47,149 bases of DNA from Prasinococcaceae sp. CCMP 1430 (GCA_013416795.1 RQSC01000012.1:165249-212397); one strand, 5' to 3'; positions 19,599-31,525 are shown, numbered from the stretch's first letter. Made by a program: numbers and translations. The notes: generated by a model not told the origin, from the letters alone.

Positions 19599-22510
19599 AT
19601 GGCCTCTGGCAGCAACAACATCCATGCGCGCCCGCCGCCGGCCAAGGTGAACTTTGGCAAGCCACCGCCTGGCTATGTACCAGGGCTCGGCCGCGGCGCA
19701 GCGGGCTTCACGACGCGCTCGGACATTGGCCCCGCGCGCCAGGCTGCGCCGGGTGACAAGGGCGCGGATGATGACGCGCGAAGGCAGAACCAGGAGTTCG
19801 ACAAGGTGTGCATGCGCGTGTGCGCGCCTGTGCATGTCGGGAGAATGGCCGCGCTATGCGGGCGCGAAGCGACGCAGCGCGCGGCGGTGCGAGGCATGCC
19901 GTGGTTCATACTGACGCGCGCTGTGCCTCCGATCCGCCCGCCTCGTGATCGCCTCGTAATCACGCACACGCCTGCGCCTCTGCGGCGCAGTTCGAGGGTG
20001 GCGATGGCGGCCTGCTTGGGGCTGGCACGTACGACGCCGAGGACGCCGATGCAGATCGAGTGTGGGCAGCAGTGGACGACCGTGTCGACGAGCGGCGCCG
20101 CGACGCGCGCGAGGCTCGCCTAAAGGCCGAGCTCGAGGCGTACCGCCGCGACAATCCCAAGATCACAGAGCAGTTTGCCGACCTCAAGCGTGGCCTCAGC
20201 GCAGTGAGCGAGGCCGAGTGGAGCGCCATCCCCGACATCGGCGACTACTCGATAAAGAAGCAAAAGAGAGAGACGTGGGCGGCCGCGCCGGACTCGCTGC
20301 TCGACCGTGCGCGCCAGGAGACCGAGCAGAGCACGTCGGCGTACGATGGCGGCGGTGAGGGCCTCAAGACTGACCTCACTGCCGTCGGCGAGGGGCGCGG
20401 GACCGTGCTTGGCCTCAAGCTCGACAAGATGAGCGACAGCGTGTCGGGGCAGACGGTGGTTGACCCTAAAGGCTACCTGACAGACCTAAGCTCGATGAAG
20501 GTGACCAGCGACACTGAGGTGGCCGACATCAAGAAGGCACGAGTGCTGCTCAAGTCTGTAACCGCCACAAATCCCAAGCACGCGCCGGGCTGGATCGCCG
20601 CGGCGCGCTTGGAGGAGGTGGCGGGCAAGATGACGACGGCGCGCGCCATCATCCAGAAGGGCTGCGACGAGTGCCCCTCGAGCGAGGACGTGTGGCTTGA
20701 GGCGAGCCGCCTACAAGTTGGCGAGCTCAGCAAGGCTGTGCTCGCGCAGGGCGTGCGTGCGATCCCAACGAGTGTCAAGCTGTGGCTGGCGGCAGCGGAG
20801 CTCGAGCACGAGGTCCCGTCGAAGAAGCGCGTGCTGCGGCGTGCCCTCGAGCAGGTGCCGAGCTCGGTGCGCCTGTGGAAAGAGGCCGTGAGCTTAGAGG
20901 GTGAAGAGGACGCTCGCGTCATGCTCAGCCGCGCAGTTGAGTGCTGCCCGCAGCACGTCGAGCTCTGGCTGGCGCTTGTGCGTCTGGAGTCGTACCGCAA
21001 TGCCAAGAAGGTCTTGAACAAGGCGCGCGAGACGATCCCAACCGAACCTGCCGTATGGTTCACCGCGTGCAAGCTTGAGGAGGCAAATGGCAACGCCGCG
21101 ATGGCGGACAAGATCATTGGGCGTGGGATGCGCTCGCTGCAAGGCCACGGCGTCATCATTGAGCGCGAGGCGTGGATGAAGGAAGCGGAGGCCGCAGAGC
21201 GCGCAGGCAGCCCGGCGACCTGCGGCGCCATCGTGCGCGCCGTCGCCACCGTCGGCGTCGAGGAGCAAGACATGAAGCGCACTTGGATGGCTGACGCCGA
21301 GGAGTGTATCAAACGCGGTAGCGTCGAGACCGCTCGCGCCATCTATGCGCACGCCATCACAGTCTTCCCTGGCAAAAAGGGCGTCTGGTTGCGCGCCGCC
21401 AAGCTCGAGCAATCCCAGGGCGAGCGCGAGCGCCTCGATGCGCTGCTGCGGAGAGCTGTCACCTACTGCCCTCAAGCGGAGGTGCTGTGGCTCATGGGTG
21501 CCAAGGAGCAGTGGCTGGCCGGGAATGTACCCGCGGCCCGCGAGATCCTGCAGGAAGCATTCGTAGCCAACCCAGAAAGCGAGGCCATCTGGCTGGCGGC
21601 GTTCAAGCTCGAGTTCGAGAACGGCGAGCCCGAGCGCGCGCGTATCATCCTGGAGAAAGCACGCGAGAGGCAACCGACAGCGCGCGTGTGGATGAAGAGC
21701 GCAATTGTCGAACGCGAGCTTGGCAACTCCGACGCCGAGCTGGCCCTTCTCAAGGAGGGGCTGGCGAAGTACCCGGCCTTCACCAAGATGTGGGCAATGC
21801 TCGGCCAGCTGCACGAGCGCCTTGGCAACCGCGTGGCCGCGAGGGAGGCGTATCATAAAGGATGCGCGCTGTGCGCCAAGGACGAGAAGGTGCCTATGCT
21901 GTGGTTGGCGCTTGCCAGGCTCGAGGAAGGCGCCGGAAACGCGGGCAAGGCGCGTGCGATGCTCGAGCAGGGGCGTCAGCGCTTCAAGGCTTCGCACAAT
22001 CGCGCGTGTCCGGAGTTGTGGCTCGCCGCCGTCCGCGCGGAGCGCCGCGCGGGCAACGAGCAGGCTGCGTCGGTGCTCCTCGCCAAGGGGCTGCAAGAGG
22101 TCCCCAGCGCCGGCCTCCTATGGGCAGAGTCCATCCGCATGGCGCCGCGGCCGCAGCGCAAGAGCAAGTCTGCAGACGCGCTCAAGAAGGCCGACAACGA
22201 TCCCCACGTGGTCCGTGCGATCGCCGAGCTTTTCCTCTCCGACAGAAAGATCGACAAGGCGCGCAACTGGCTGGAGCGTGCCGTGACGCTCGCGCCGGAC
22301 CTCGGCGATGCCTGGGCGGCGCTTTACAAACTCGAGCTGGAGCATGGCACAGATGAGCGGCAGAGCGCGGTACTTGAGCGCTGCGCCAGGGCGCAGCCCG
22401 TGCATGGCGAGGTGTGGCAGTCGGTAGCGAAGGCGGTCGAGAACGCACACCTTCCTGCGGGGCAGGTGCTGAAAAAAGTGGTCATCGCGATGTCGACAGC
22501 CGCGCAGTGA
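19599..22510 (+). CDS. PRP6: Pre-mRNA splicing factor PRP6 (U5-102K/STA1); exons 19599-19805, 19991-22510
   Basis: [83 protein letters not shown], followed by HAT repeats. Confidence 0.98.
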
Positions 22511-22619
22511 CAGCCGGCCGTGTAACAATTGGCATGTACAGTACACCACGATTATGGTCAGGGAATATGCGCAACGGCGCCGACGTGGGCCATTGATATT
22601 GTGTGTACACGAACACTCG

Positions 22620-24465
22620 CTACTCCTCCGTGAGACAGATCTTGCCATCCATTCCTACTGAGTATACTCGGTTGGAGTGCGGATGGTGGCACATGCTGAT
22701 GACCTCTGCGCCGTGGACATCCTCTGCCACGCCCTCCTCCCGGCCGTCCTTGGCGAAGCATGTAATCGCCTGGGCCTCGCTCGCTGCGTAGACAAACTCG
22801 CCAGACGGGCTCAGGCAGCAAGCAGTGTACACGGGGGCACCATTTGCGTCCGCCTTGGCGTGCTTGTACGAGCGCAGCACTTCGCCCTCGGTTGACATCA
22901 CATGCAGCTCTGGCGAGCGCGTGCAGACCAGCAGGGCACCGTCCTGGCCGGGAACGGGGGCGAGGTCGACGAGCTGCGGCATGACAGCCGCAGTCTCGGC
23001 GGTGGGCGACGGCGGTTTGAAGCTCAACAGGTTGTCGCCTGTCTTGGCATCCCATACCTGTGTTGGACGTCGCAGGTGACGGCACAGACAGTGAGTCAGC
23101 TCGCACGGCCTCGCATGACAAGTATCGCCCCCATCATCGGTATGAGCAAATGCGCGGGCGCAAGCGCGCTCGGCGCCGTGGCGGGCGGACCTTAATACTT
23201 CCGTCGCGGGCGCCCGAGTACACCCGCGACATGTCGGCGCCGTAGACTGCACGAACCACGGAACCATCGTGCCCACGCATCTCTTTGATCATGCGCCCAG
23301 ACTTGAGGCCGTGGACGCGGACGAGGCCATCTGAGCCCGCGCTCAAAACGTGCGAGTTGTCCCGGCTAAACATGACGCTGTTGGTGCTGCCTGCATGTGC
23401 GGCCGTGAATATGCGCAGGAGCTGGCCTGTGCGCACGCGCCAGACCTTGATGACGCCATCTAACGAGCCAGACGCCAGCAGCTCCGAGTCACGGCTGAAC
23501 GCAACGCACAGCACCGAGTCGTCGTGCATCATAAATGCGTCGTCCGCCTGGAACTGCAGGTCTGTGCGCATTTTCCCCGTGGCCACATCGAGCACCTCAA
23601 TGAAACCATCGCTCGTGCCCGCCACCAAGAAGGCGCCGTCAGCCGACACGGCTACGCACTCCGAGTGTGACTTCTTGCTCCCGACGCGAGTGCGTCGAGC
23701 GGGCGCCACGCACGGCCGTTCACCGCGGGCAGCGGCCGCACCTCCCCCCTCGCCCTTGGCAGCCTTGCCCGCAAGCAGGTCGAAGCGGCCGCCAGCGAGC
23801 GGCACCTGGCCAATGTTCTGCTGCCACTTTAGCGCCTGCCCCAAGAGCGCGAGGAGGCGCCCAGGGGGCACATCCGCGGCCTCCTGCAGCAATTTGTCGG
23901 CGGCGCGGCGCCCGCGTCAGCCTCATTGCGGGCAAAGCTTGCGCTGGCAGCGATGGCTGCGCCGCCGCGCTGAGCGCAGGCACGCGCGACGCACCTTCCC
24001 CAGCAGCGCCGCCACAGCCTCCCGCCGCGACTCGCGACCCCCGGCGCCGTACGCCTCCCTGGCGTCGAAGTAAGGGCCGGTGACGATCCTCTCGAGCCGC
24101 GCGTGTTTCTCCGGGTGCGCCTGGCGCATCTCGGCCATCACTGCCGTCTGGCGCAGAAGCGCCTTGGCCGTGTCGGCCTCTCGAGCCTCCGCCATCTCAA
24201 GCGCGACAAGCTCGTAGAGCGCCTCGAGCGTGGATCTCGGGAGTTCCAGCGTGGCTACGGCGGGGAGCACCGCGTCCCACCTGCCACGCCTTGTGTCTGC
24301 GAGCAGTGCCGCGCGGCCGCCCGCCGGCGCGTTGAGGCTCACGCGCGCCTCGCGCGCGAGCGCGACGGCCGTCGCGTCCAGGCCCGACTCGCGGGCCCAC
24401 TGCAGCACGACGCGCACGACGTCCTGCGCGTCGATCTCCACCGGGGCCCCTTCGCCAGAAGCCAT
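22620..24465 (-). CDS. SMU1: SMU1 LisH/CTLH-WD40 spliceosomal protein; exons 24465-23995, 23883-23191, 23057-22620
   Basis: EIDAQDVVRVVLQW, GRWDAVL, LLRQT, YFDAREAY, VPPGRLLALLGQALKWQQ, DGFIEV and MMHDDSVLCVAFSRDSELLASGS, followed by WD40 repeats. Both introns are frame-preserving. Confidence 0.95.
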
Positions 24466-24811
24466 TTCTGTCCGATCCAAACCCCGGCGCACCCCCCTCC
24501 GCACCCCTCCGCGCAGCCGCAACACCGCCGCCGCACGCCCCCGCTGTGGCGCGGGCGCGCGCTCACAGCGAGCAACCTAGCTCGAGGCACTTTTCGCCAC
24601 CAACTGACACAAAAAAGCGTTGGGCGTGTACGTGTGCGCTGCCACACGCCGCCGCCGCCGCGCCAGAGCTAGCGAGCGCACGCACGCGGCCGTGGCCGCG
24701 CGGCTGCGGTCGCCGCGCGCCAGCGCCTAGCGTCCGAGCGTCTCTGCGCCCCTCGCCGCCCCCGGTCTTTTCCCCTGCGGCAAGGCGACGCCGCTCGTAC
24801 ACGTGCGTGCG

Positions 24812-27558
24812 ATGGGCGAGCAGGCAGCAGCCCCGGCTGTTGGGGGCGCGGCGGCGACGGCGTCCACGGCAGCGGCGGCAAAGGCTGCAGCAGCAGCGGC
24901 GGCGGCGGCGGCGGCAGCGGCAGCAGCAGCGGGAGCTGACGACGAGCAGTCTCTCGGCGACGCGCTTCTGCCGACTGTGTGCGCGGCGCTTGCTCGCGGC
25001 GAGGCTGATGCTGGCGCGCTCGCCGACGAGCTGCGCACAGCCGCAGCAGCGCGTGCCGCAGAGATCGAGCAGCTCTGTAGGGAGCACTACGGTGCGTGCG
25101 CCCCCGCGCCGCGCCCAAGCCCCACACCTCTTGCGACCATACCTGATACACCGACCTATCGGGGCGCGTCCGTCCCCCGCTGACGCGGCTGCTGCACGCC
25201 CGCCCCTTGTCCCGCACGTGGTGCGCAGATGAGTTCGTGCTCGCCGTCGATGAGTTGCGATTTGTGCGCGAGGAGGGTGGCGCCCTGCGTGAGCGTGTCG
25301 TTGCACAGGATGACGCTGTGCAAGAGTCGGGTACACGAGTGCTCTCCTCCCTTGAGAGCCTTATATCTACCAGGGAGGGAGCGGAGCGAATGTCAGCGGC
25401 CGCATCTGCCGCCGATGTGTGCCTGGCCGCGCTGGAGTGCTGCAGCGAGGCAAACGCTGCCCACGCGTCGCGCGACTTCTACGGCGCGATCCGAGCGCTC
25501 GGGGAAATCCGAAAGGTGCATATCCCGGCCGTGGGCGTGGCATCTGCGGAGCTGGCGGGCTATCTCGAGCGCTGCGCTCCGCGCTGCGAGGCCCAGATCG
25601 TACGCCAGGTGACACAAGAGCTCAACGCCTGGTTGACCGAGGCCCGCTCGCTGGCGCGCGCAGCGGGAATGGCGGGCATACGCGCCGCGACGGCACGACG
25701 CAGGCGGCTGGCGGAGCTCGCAAAGCAGCAGGACAGGGCGCTGGCGTCCATGCACCGGACTGATGGCGACGGCGGCGGCGTTTTGGAGTTCCCGCTCGGT
25801 GACGAGCGCGATGAGGACGAGGGCCAAGCCAACGAAGCGGGTCTGCAGGAGGACGACGGCGCGGAGGCGATGGACCTGACGCCGCTGCATAGATGTGCGC
25901 ACGTGCAAAGCATGCTGGGTCGCTCGGACGACTTCGCCGCGTACTACGTGGAGAATCGCGCAGCCCAGCTCCGCTCGGACCTTTCGAAGGTGGTGGCCGG
26001 CCTCGGCGACGGCGGTGGCGGCAACGGAAGCGCTGGCGGGGGGGCGTCCGACCCGGGCGTCGCCTTTCTGCAGAGCTATCAGTCTTCGGTCGCGCAGGTA
26101 GTCGGCTTTTTCTTGGTCGAAGCGCGCGTTTTGCGCTCGGGCGTCAATGGCATGAGCGCTGCGGCGACGAGAGCCCTGTGGGGAGAGGCGGCCTTCACGC
26201 TGGCGTCCGCGCTACGCACGAGCGCCGGTGTCATGCGCGACCCCGGGCAGGTACTCGTGGTGCGAGACTTTGTCGCGCTGGCTGCCGACGCTGTCCGCGC
26301 GGTGGGATTCGACGCCCGTTCCCTGGATGCTGCGCTCAATGGCACGCGCGAGATGTACATGAGCCTGCTCGCCAACGACGCGGCCGAGCAGATCCGCTCG
26401 GTTCTCAGCACGGGGAGCCTGGAGCCATTCGAGGTGAGCACCGAGGGCGAGATGGAGCGGCAGGTGGTTGCGTACGGCTTGCACGAGCTCGCGGTGGGCC
26501 AGGCGTCCGAAGCGGGGCGCGGCCAGAGCCCGATTGGCGTGGCTAGCAGCCCTGGCGATGGAAACGCGCCGCCCGCGTCCCCGGCAGCGTCGAGCTCGCC
26601 GCGCCTGCCGTGGCGGGCGCCGTTCAGCGCCTCGGTGCCCCGCGTGTGCCAGTTGACGAGCCGCTTCCTGGGTGACATGGCCCAGTTCCTTGGCACGGTG
26701 TCCATGCCGGCCGCGGAGGCGCGCGCCGCCCTCGCGTCCGGCGTGTCGACGTTGCTGGCGGAGGCGGCGCCAGGCGCCGTGGACGGCGCTCTGTCCGCCG
26801 AGAGCCTGCCCGTCGCGAAGGCCGTGCGGCTCTCCCTTGACGCGGCCGCTCTGAAGACGAGCTGTGCTGCGCTCGAGCGCCGCGCGAAGCACGTCTGCTG
26901 GCAGGAGATGCGCGTAGAGGTCTCCCCCAAGGAACTCTTCGCTCAGGCGACGTTGGCACTCGAGGCTGCGAGCAAGAGGGCCACAGACTGCGCGGCGAAC
27001 ACCATGCTGGTGTTTGTGGAGCGGTACCGAATGGCGAACGCCGGCCGATCGTGGGCGCCGGACGCGCCACCGGCGGTATCGCAGGGGCTGACGGTGCCCT
27101 CCGCCGAGATGGAGGATCTGGCGGAGCAGCTCGCGATGTCCTTCGCCAGCGTGCGCGCGTTCCTCTCGCGCGAGGAGTACGCGCGCCTGTGCGCGCAGCC
27201 GCTGGGCCAGGCCGGCGCCTGGCTCGCGGGCGCGCTCGCGTCCGAGGCGTCGCGCCACTGGAATCCGTGGGGGCTGGCGACGCTCGACGCGGAGCTGCGG
27301 CGGCTGGAGACGGCGGTGCGCTCCGCCGAGCTGCCCGACACGCAGCTGGCGGAGGCCCGCCAGCTCGTGAGCCTGCTGCAGAGCCAGAGCCTAGAGCGGC
27401 TCGACGAGGCCGGCTACCTCCAGCGCCAGTACCCGCGGCTATCCGCGGCGAAAGTGCTGATCGTGCTGGAGAAGTACCGCGAGCCGCCGAATGACCGCAC
27501 CTCGTTCATGCGGCGCAAGGCCGTCGACGCGGCGCTCAAGAAACTCAGGCGGCAATAG
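24812..27558 (+). CDS. SEC15: Exocyst complex component SEC15 (EXOC6); exons 24812-25091, 25229-27558
   Basis: EIEQLCREHY|DEFVLAVDELR, LTPLHRCAHVQSMLG...FAAYYVENRAAQL, VVGFFLVE and APFSASVP. Poly-Ala N-terminus. Confidence 0.9.
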
Positions 27559-28770
27559 CGGCGGCGGCCCGCGCCCGCGCGCCCGCCGCGACTGCCGGTA
27601 GTAGTAGGTAGCTGCTCTCTCTCTCTAGACTAGCTAGCTAGGGCCCCCTGTGAGAAGATCAGTCCGTCCGTGCATAGTGTCCTCACCACGGCTGGCGCCG
27701 ACGTCGAAGCGGCCGGGGTGGTGTGGCGAAACAGCAAGCACGCAACCCACCGCTGGCTCGTCCGGCGGGGGGGCTCGGCACGCACAGCCCGTCGCTCGCC
27801 GCCTCGCTACCCCGCGGCGGCGGCCCTCCCCACTTTGCCCCTTCCCCTCCCCTCCCCCCCTCCCCCCGGTCCCCTGCGCGCCGCGTTTCCGCCATCGCAC
27901 GAGCATGCCATCGCTCGCCATCGAGCGCATGTGCGCGCCGGCGCCGCTCAAGGGGCACTGCGCCGCGTGGCGGGGGCACTTTTCGCGGTTGGGCCGCGGG
28001 CGCCCCGCCGTGCCCGTCTCTCCCGCGCCGGGATTGAGCCGCGCGCGCGGCACGTCGGCGCCCTCCGGTTCGGGCGGGGGAACGGCGCGCCATCCCATCA
28101 CGCCGCACGCGCCTCACATCCACGGCCTCATCTGCGCCGCGCCCTCAGTCAAGTCAGCCCGCGCTCCGCGCTCGCCCCCGCCCCGCTCCCCGTCCGGCGC
28201 CCGGCCACAACCGCCCGCGGACTGTCGGGACCGAAAAGTGCAAACAAGATCCATCCGCCCGCGCGCGCGGATCCCGCTCCGCGGAACCTCGAAACCCATC
28301 AGAACGCATCCGCGCGCGACTGCATGTGAAAGTGTCTGATATTTGTCACCCGCAAAAAAAATCGCGCGGACGCGGGCGAAGCCACGTGCCCTTTTTTGCC
28401 CTTTTTTTCTCGGGGCGCGGCAGTTTCGAGGGGGAGCGGCGCGGAGCGGAGATGTCGAAACGAAGGCGCTCTGAATTTACGGAAGTGAATTCGGATGGTG
28501 CGCGGCGGCGGGCGAACGGCGGCGCCCTCGCGGAAGGGCGCGCGCGCGCCGGGGCGACGCAGCCACACGGCGGCGCGCGGACGCCGGCGGCGCGCGCGCG
28601 CGTGTGGTGGTGGTGGTGGTGGGGTGGGTGGGGCGGAGGAGGAAAGAGAGCGACCGCGCTCCCTCTCACCGCCCTTCCGCTTCTGGCGCGCGCGCTTCGC
28701 CGACCCCTCCGCTCGCACCACGCCGCCGACGCCGACAACGCGCCCGCAAACAAACACTTCCACGCCAAGC

Positions 28771-28793
28771 GGGGGGGGGGGGGGGGGGGGGGG
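28771..28793 (+). repeat. Poly-G tract (23 nt) just upstream of the ZTL-like start codon
   Basis: Direct reading. Confidence 0.9.
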
Positions 28794-28831
28794 AGGGTAA
28801 CCCTTACCGCCGCCCGCGTTTCGGTACCGCC

Positions 28832-31222
28832 ATGCTGCTCCCGGCAGACGCCCAGCAGGCGCTGGGGTGCGCGGTGGGGGGGGGGGCTCTGAAGCTGTCC
28901 GGCCGCGAGGACGCCGCGGGGCGCGCGTCGGAGGAGGCGTCCCTGGAGGAGGCCGCCGCGGCCGCCGCGCTGCGCGCGCCCGGCGATGGGGAGGCCGCGG
29001 CGCAGCCGGCCACGCTGCTGTCGCTCACCGACGCGATCCTGGCCGCGCACGTGCTGCGGCGCTGCCCAATACGCGACGTGTGCGCCATGGCGGGAGTGTG
29101 CCGTCGGCTGCGCCGCACGGTGTTGCAGTCGAGCGGGATGTGGGAGGCGCTCTTCGAGCGTGACTTCGGCACGCACGCCGCCGCGGGCGTGCGAAAGGCG
29201 CTCTCGCAACGCTTCACCTGGCGGCACGCAGCGCGGCAGATGATCGACCTGAGCGGGCTGCACTGGAACAAGCTGCACGCACGGGTTGCGCCCACCATCA
29301 GGCCGCGCTGCAACTTTGCGCTCTGCGCAGTGGGCGAGAAGCTGTACACGTTCGGCGGCGAGGGCGAGGGCATGACGGCGCAGGGCGACGTGTGCATGGT
29401 CGACCTCGCTGCCACCGCGCCGCAGTGGCAGCACGTCGAGACTGTGGGCGAGTCGCCCCCCCCACGGTGGGGGCACACGCTGACGCACGTCGAGGGCGAC
29501 AGCGGCAGCACCCTCGTGGTGTTCGGCGGATGCAATCCCGAGGGAGCGCTCGACGACCTGTGGGTGCTGGAAATCGACGGGGAGCCGATGCCGCGCTGGC
29601 GGCGTGTGTGTGCGGCGCGAGCCAAGGCGCGTGCGCGCACCTGGCACTCGAGCTGCGTGGTGGAGGGCTCGCGTTTGGCAGTGTACGGTGGTGCCACGAT
29701 GGACGGCACCCTGCTCTCCGACCTGGCTGTGATTGATGTGCTCGCCGAGCGTCCCTGCTGGAGGGTCATCGAGGCGGAGAGCGAGGGCAAGCCCTCCGCC
29801 CGCCTTGGCCAGTCCCTCGTGAGCATCGGCGGCGCACGCCTGCACATGTTCGGTGGCCTGGCGTCGGGCTCCAGGCCAGGCGAGAGCAGCCATTCGGACG
29901 AAACGTACGTGATCAATGTTGACGACGACGTGCCCCGATGGGAACGCGTGGGAACCGCCGGGCCGAGCAGCTCGAACGACAGCGTCGGTAGGAGCGACGC
30001 CGCGCAAGTCAAGCCCTTGGGAGATCGCGAGCATCGGCCCACGCCGAGGTACGATCACGCGTGCCTCGGCCTGCCGGGCGGTCGTGTGCTGATCTTCGGA
30101 GGGCTCGGACAGCTCGGGTTGCAGTCGCCAATGCAGATCTTTGCCATCACGCCGAACTCGGCAGCACCGCACTGGCGCAGATTGTGTCCGCGTGGCACGC
30201 CGCCGGAAAATGCTTGGGGCCACTCCACTCACCTCACGCGCGGGCTGAACGTCGTGATGATTGGTGGCGGCGCTTCGGATGGCTCCGACTGGGACTTGGG
30301 CACGATTCACGAGCTCAGGCTCGTCTGTGCAGAGCCCGAGGCGCGTTCTGATGCCGCCACGCGCGTGCGCCCAGCGGTGCGCAAGTCTCCAAAGCAGTGG
30401 CGCGCGTTGCATGCCGAGGTCCCGGTCATCCGCAGCGACGGCGATGGTAGCGGCGGCAACGAGAGTGGCGGAGAGACCAGCAGCGGTGCTGGGGGTAGCG
30501 GCGATGACGACAATGTGCTGCCCGAGAGTGTGCCCGGCGCTGGCATGCGCAAGCTCGACTGGACCAGCCCTCAGCGACAGGGGGAGGCCTGCGCACGCGG
30601 CGCCGCCGCCGCCAACACGTGCACGGATGAGCCGGACTTTGGAGGCCAGGTCCGGAGCACGCAGTACTACGCCGCTGCCGGGACGGGCCACCCGTCGAGG
30701 GCACTCTTGAATCGTGCGCGGGCCGGTGTGGGCGGAGAAGAGTCGCGGAAGTACTATGGCTCTGAAGAATCGTCAAGTGGGGAAGAGACCCCGCCGGGCG
30801 CCGTGGCTGTGAAGTCGATTGGTCGAGATGGAGGTGGGTCGATGGGGGACGCTGCAGCCCAGGCTCCTCTACTGTCTGAGAGTCCTGCGGGCCACAAGCG
30901 CGTGCGCGAGTGGTCAAGTCGCGAGGCGACCTCGGGCAGCAACGACATGAGCACGAGCGACGGGCTGAGCATGAGCACAAGCGAGCCCTTCAGCTCGGGG
31001 TCGGGCTCGACCTCAGTCCGTGAGACGTCTTCGGGGTCGGGATCCGGATCGGGGTCTGGCTCCAACGACAGCAGCTCCTCTTCTCCAGGAGAGTCGTCCG
31101 GTCCGGATGACGTCGCCGAGGAGCCCAAGGGCAGTCCCTCCGCCTCGCACTCATCAGGCGCGCCTCCCTGCAAACCGCTCGTGGTGTTGGCCACGGCTCA
31201 TGCCCCAAAGCCGCGCGAGTGA
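28832..31222 (+). CDS. ZEITLUPE/FKF1/LKP2 (ADAGIO)-like F-box plus six Kelch repeats, lacking the LOV domain, with a Ser/Gly-rich C-terminal extension
   Basis: F-box LLSLTDAILAAHVL...RDVCAMAGVCRRL. Kelch blocks RCNFALCAVG..LYTFGGEG, PPPRWGHTL, LVVFGGC, RTWHSSCVVEG, ARLGQSL..GG..MFGGLASG, PTPRYDHA..LPGGRVLIFGG, PP.NAWGHST and WDLGTIHELRL are collinear with the ZTL family as recalled. Confidence 0.85.
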   Translation: MLLPADAQQALGCAVGGGALKLSGREDAAGRASEEASLEEAAAAAALRAPGDGEAAAQPATLLSLTDAILAAHVLRRCPIRDVCAMAGVCRRLRRTVLQSSGMWEALFERDFGTHAAAGVRKALSQRFTWRHAARQMIDLSGLHWNKLHARVAPTIRPRCNFALCAVGEKLYTFGGEGEGMTAQGDVCMVDLAATAPQWQHVETVGESPPPRWGHTLTHVEGDSGSTLVVFGGCNPEGALDDLWVLEIDGEPMPRWRRVCAARAKARARTWHSSCVVEGSRLAVYGGATMDGTLLSDLAVIDVLAERPCWRVIEAESEGKPSARLGQSLVSIGGARLHMFGGLASGSRPGESSHSDETYVINVDDDVPRWERVGTAGPSSSNDSVGRSDAAQVKPLGDREHRPTPRYDHACLGLPGGRVLIFGGLGQLGLQSPMQIFAITPNSAAPHWRRLCPRGTPPENAWGHSTHLTRGLNVVMIGGGASDGSDWDLGTIHELRLVCAEPEARSDAATRVRPAVRKSPKQWRALHAEVPVIRSDGDGSGGNESGGETSSGAGGSGDDDNVLPESVPGAGMRKLDWTSPQRQGEACARGAAAANTCTDEPDFGGQVRSTQYYAAAGTGHPSRALLNRARAGVGGEESRKYYGSEESSSGEETPPGAVAVKSIGRDGGGSMGDAAAQAPLLSESPAGHKRVREWSSREATSGSNDMSTSDGLSMSTSEPFSSGSGSTSVRETSSGSGSGSGSGSNDSSSSSPGESSGPDDVAEEPKGSPSASHSSGAPPCKPLVVLATAHAPKPRE

Positions 31223-31525
31223 GCGTTGCGACAGTAACCGTGCCTTGAGCGTCTCCGGAGACGTCGTTCGCGCCCCGATGGCCACAGGCGCTGAGCGTGC
31301 CCAGCCGGTGCCGCGGCGCCCATGGCTCGCGTGTGCGCCTCACTTCCAGTTCGAGGGTTACGGTTAGGTTTGGTTCGAAAAGGGTTCCAGACACCAGCCG
31401 CACTCATGCCGCGCGCGCGCTTGCGGCGCGCACACGCATAGGTGGGACAGAGCGCGCCGCGCGCACGCGTTGCCTGCTGCGGGCGCCCTACCTCGCTCTA
31501 GCGCGCCCTCGTGAAAGTGCTCGTA

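Noticed and set aside
24845-24932. Poly-Ala tract at the SEC15 N-terminus
   Set aside because: It is a (GCN)n expansion typical of GC-rich algal genes, with no evidence of special function.
27559-28831. Possible upstream LOV exon for the ZTL-like gene
   Set aside because: I see no NCRFLQ-like motif or PAS-like coding segment in the listed ORFs or by reading the interval.
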